This document shows positions 63,726 to 63,960 of a stretch of 63,960 nucleotides of DNA, in pieces. Positions within the stretch are counted from its first letter, which is position 1, and every line of letters starts with the position of its first letter. The position numbers and the translations under genes are program-made. The DNA is from Octopus bimaculoides (taxonomy: Eukaryota), in contig NC_068982.1 in NCBI RefSeq assembly GCF_001194135.2, positions 153,215,669 to 153,279,628 of the forward strand, given 5' to 3'. Under the pieces are notes generated by a model, which had not been told where the DNA came from, did no database searches, and saw only the letters and a program-made list of their open reading frames with translations.

Positions 63726-63960
63726 GAGTGAGAGAGCAGTGCATGCCATCAAAGTGACACTGGGGTACAAATATATGAAACCCAATATACCCATCATGAT
63801 TACCTGTTTGATAAGGGTACACCAGGCACATGCATCACAACCATATGTGCGCGACATGGTGATCTCATATCAAGATAAACAGAGCATGACCTCGCAGGTG
63901 GGGCCTAGTTAGAATTTTCTTCAGGTCGAGTAGCCCATTCTGCTCAAAAGGTCCCTGAAT
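63725..63960 (-). mobile_element. Probable 3'-terminal region of a non-LTR retroelement ending in (AAT)n (runs off the window)
   Basis: Non-coding sequence that abuts (ATT)n and that I recognise as an abundant octopus repeat. The clade cannot be shown from this fragment. Confidence 0.45.

Overview
AT-rich, microsatellite-dense animal genomic DNA from a gapped scaffold (13 N-runs, nearly all next to (TA)n). The SINE and LINE families resemble those I recognise from Octopus (coleoid cephalopod); that assignment is inference. I found no confidently identifiable host gene, tRNA, rRNA or CRISPR array. The window is mostly decayed transposons: R4/Dong-like, RTE, CR1-like, L2-like and L1/Tx1-like LINE pieces; about six Penelope-like element (PLE) fragments (YRDD/GIY-YIG 'Naiad-type', RYIDD 'Neptune-type' and others); K02A2.6/Mag-like Gypsy remnants; mariner remnants, a 123-bp MITE and tRNA-derived SINEs. 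The clearest structure is a link between retroelements and microsatellites. R4/Dong-like copies are stacked in (TAA)n, PLEs sit twice inside the central (TA)/(CA) tract of one SINE family, a CR1-like copy has (TA)n on both sides, and a SINE and a Tx1-like element share (ATT)n tails. Other leads are a TGA at a conserved Cys of a PLE endonuclease (possible selenocysteine, unproven), a near-perfect 191-bp direct repeat, and a few weak minus-strand exon-like segments. Most long ORFs in the supplied track are microsatellite or N-gap artefacts. Boundaries of degenerate elements are approximate.
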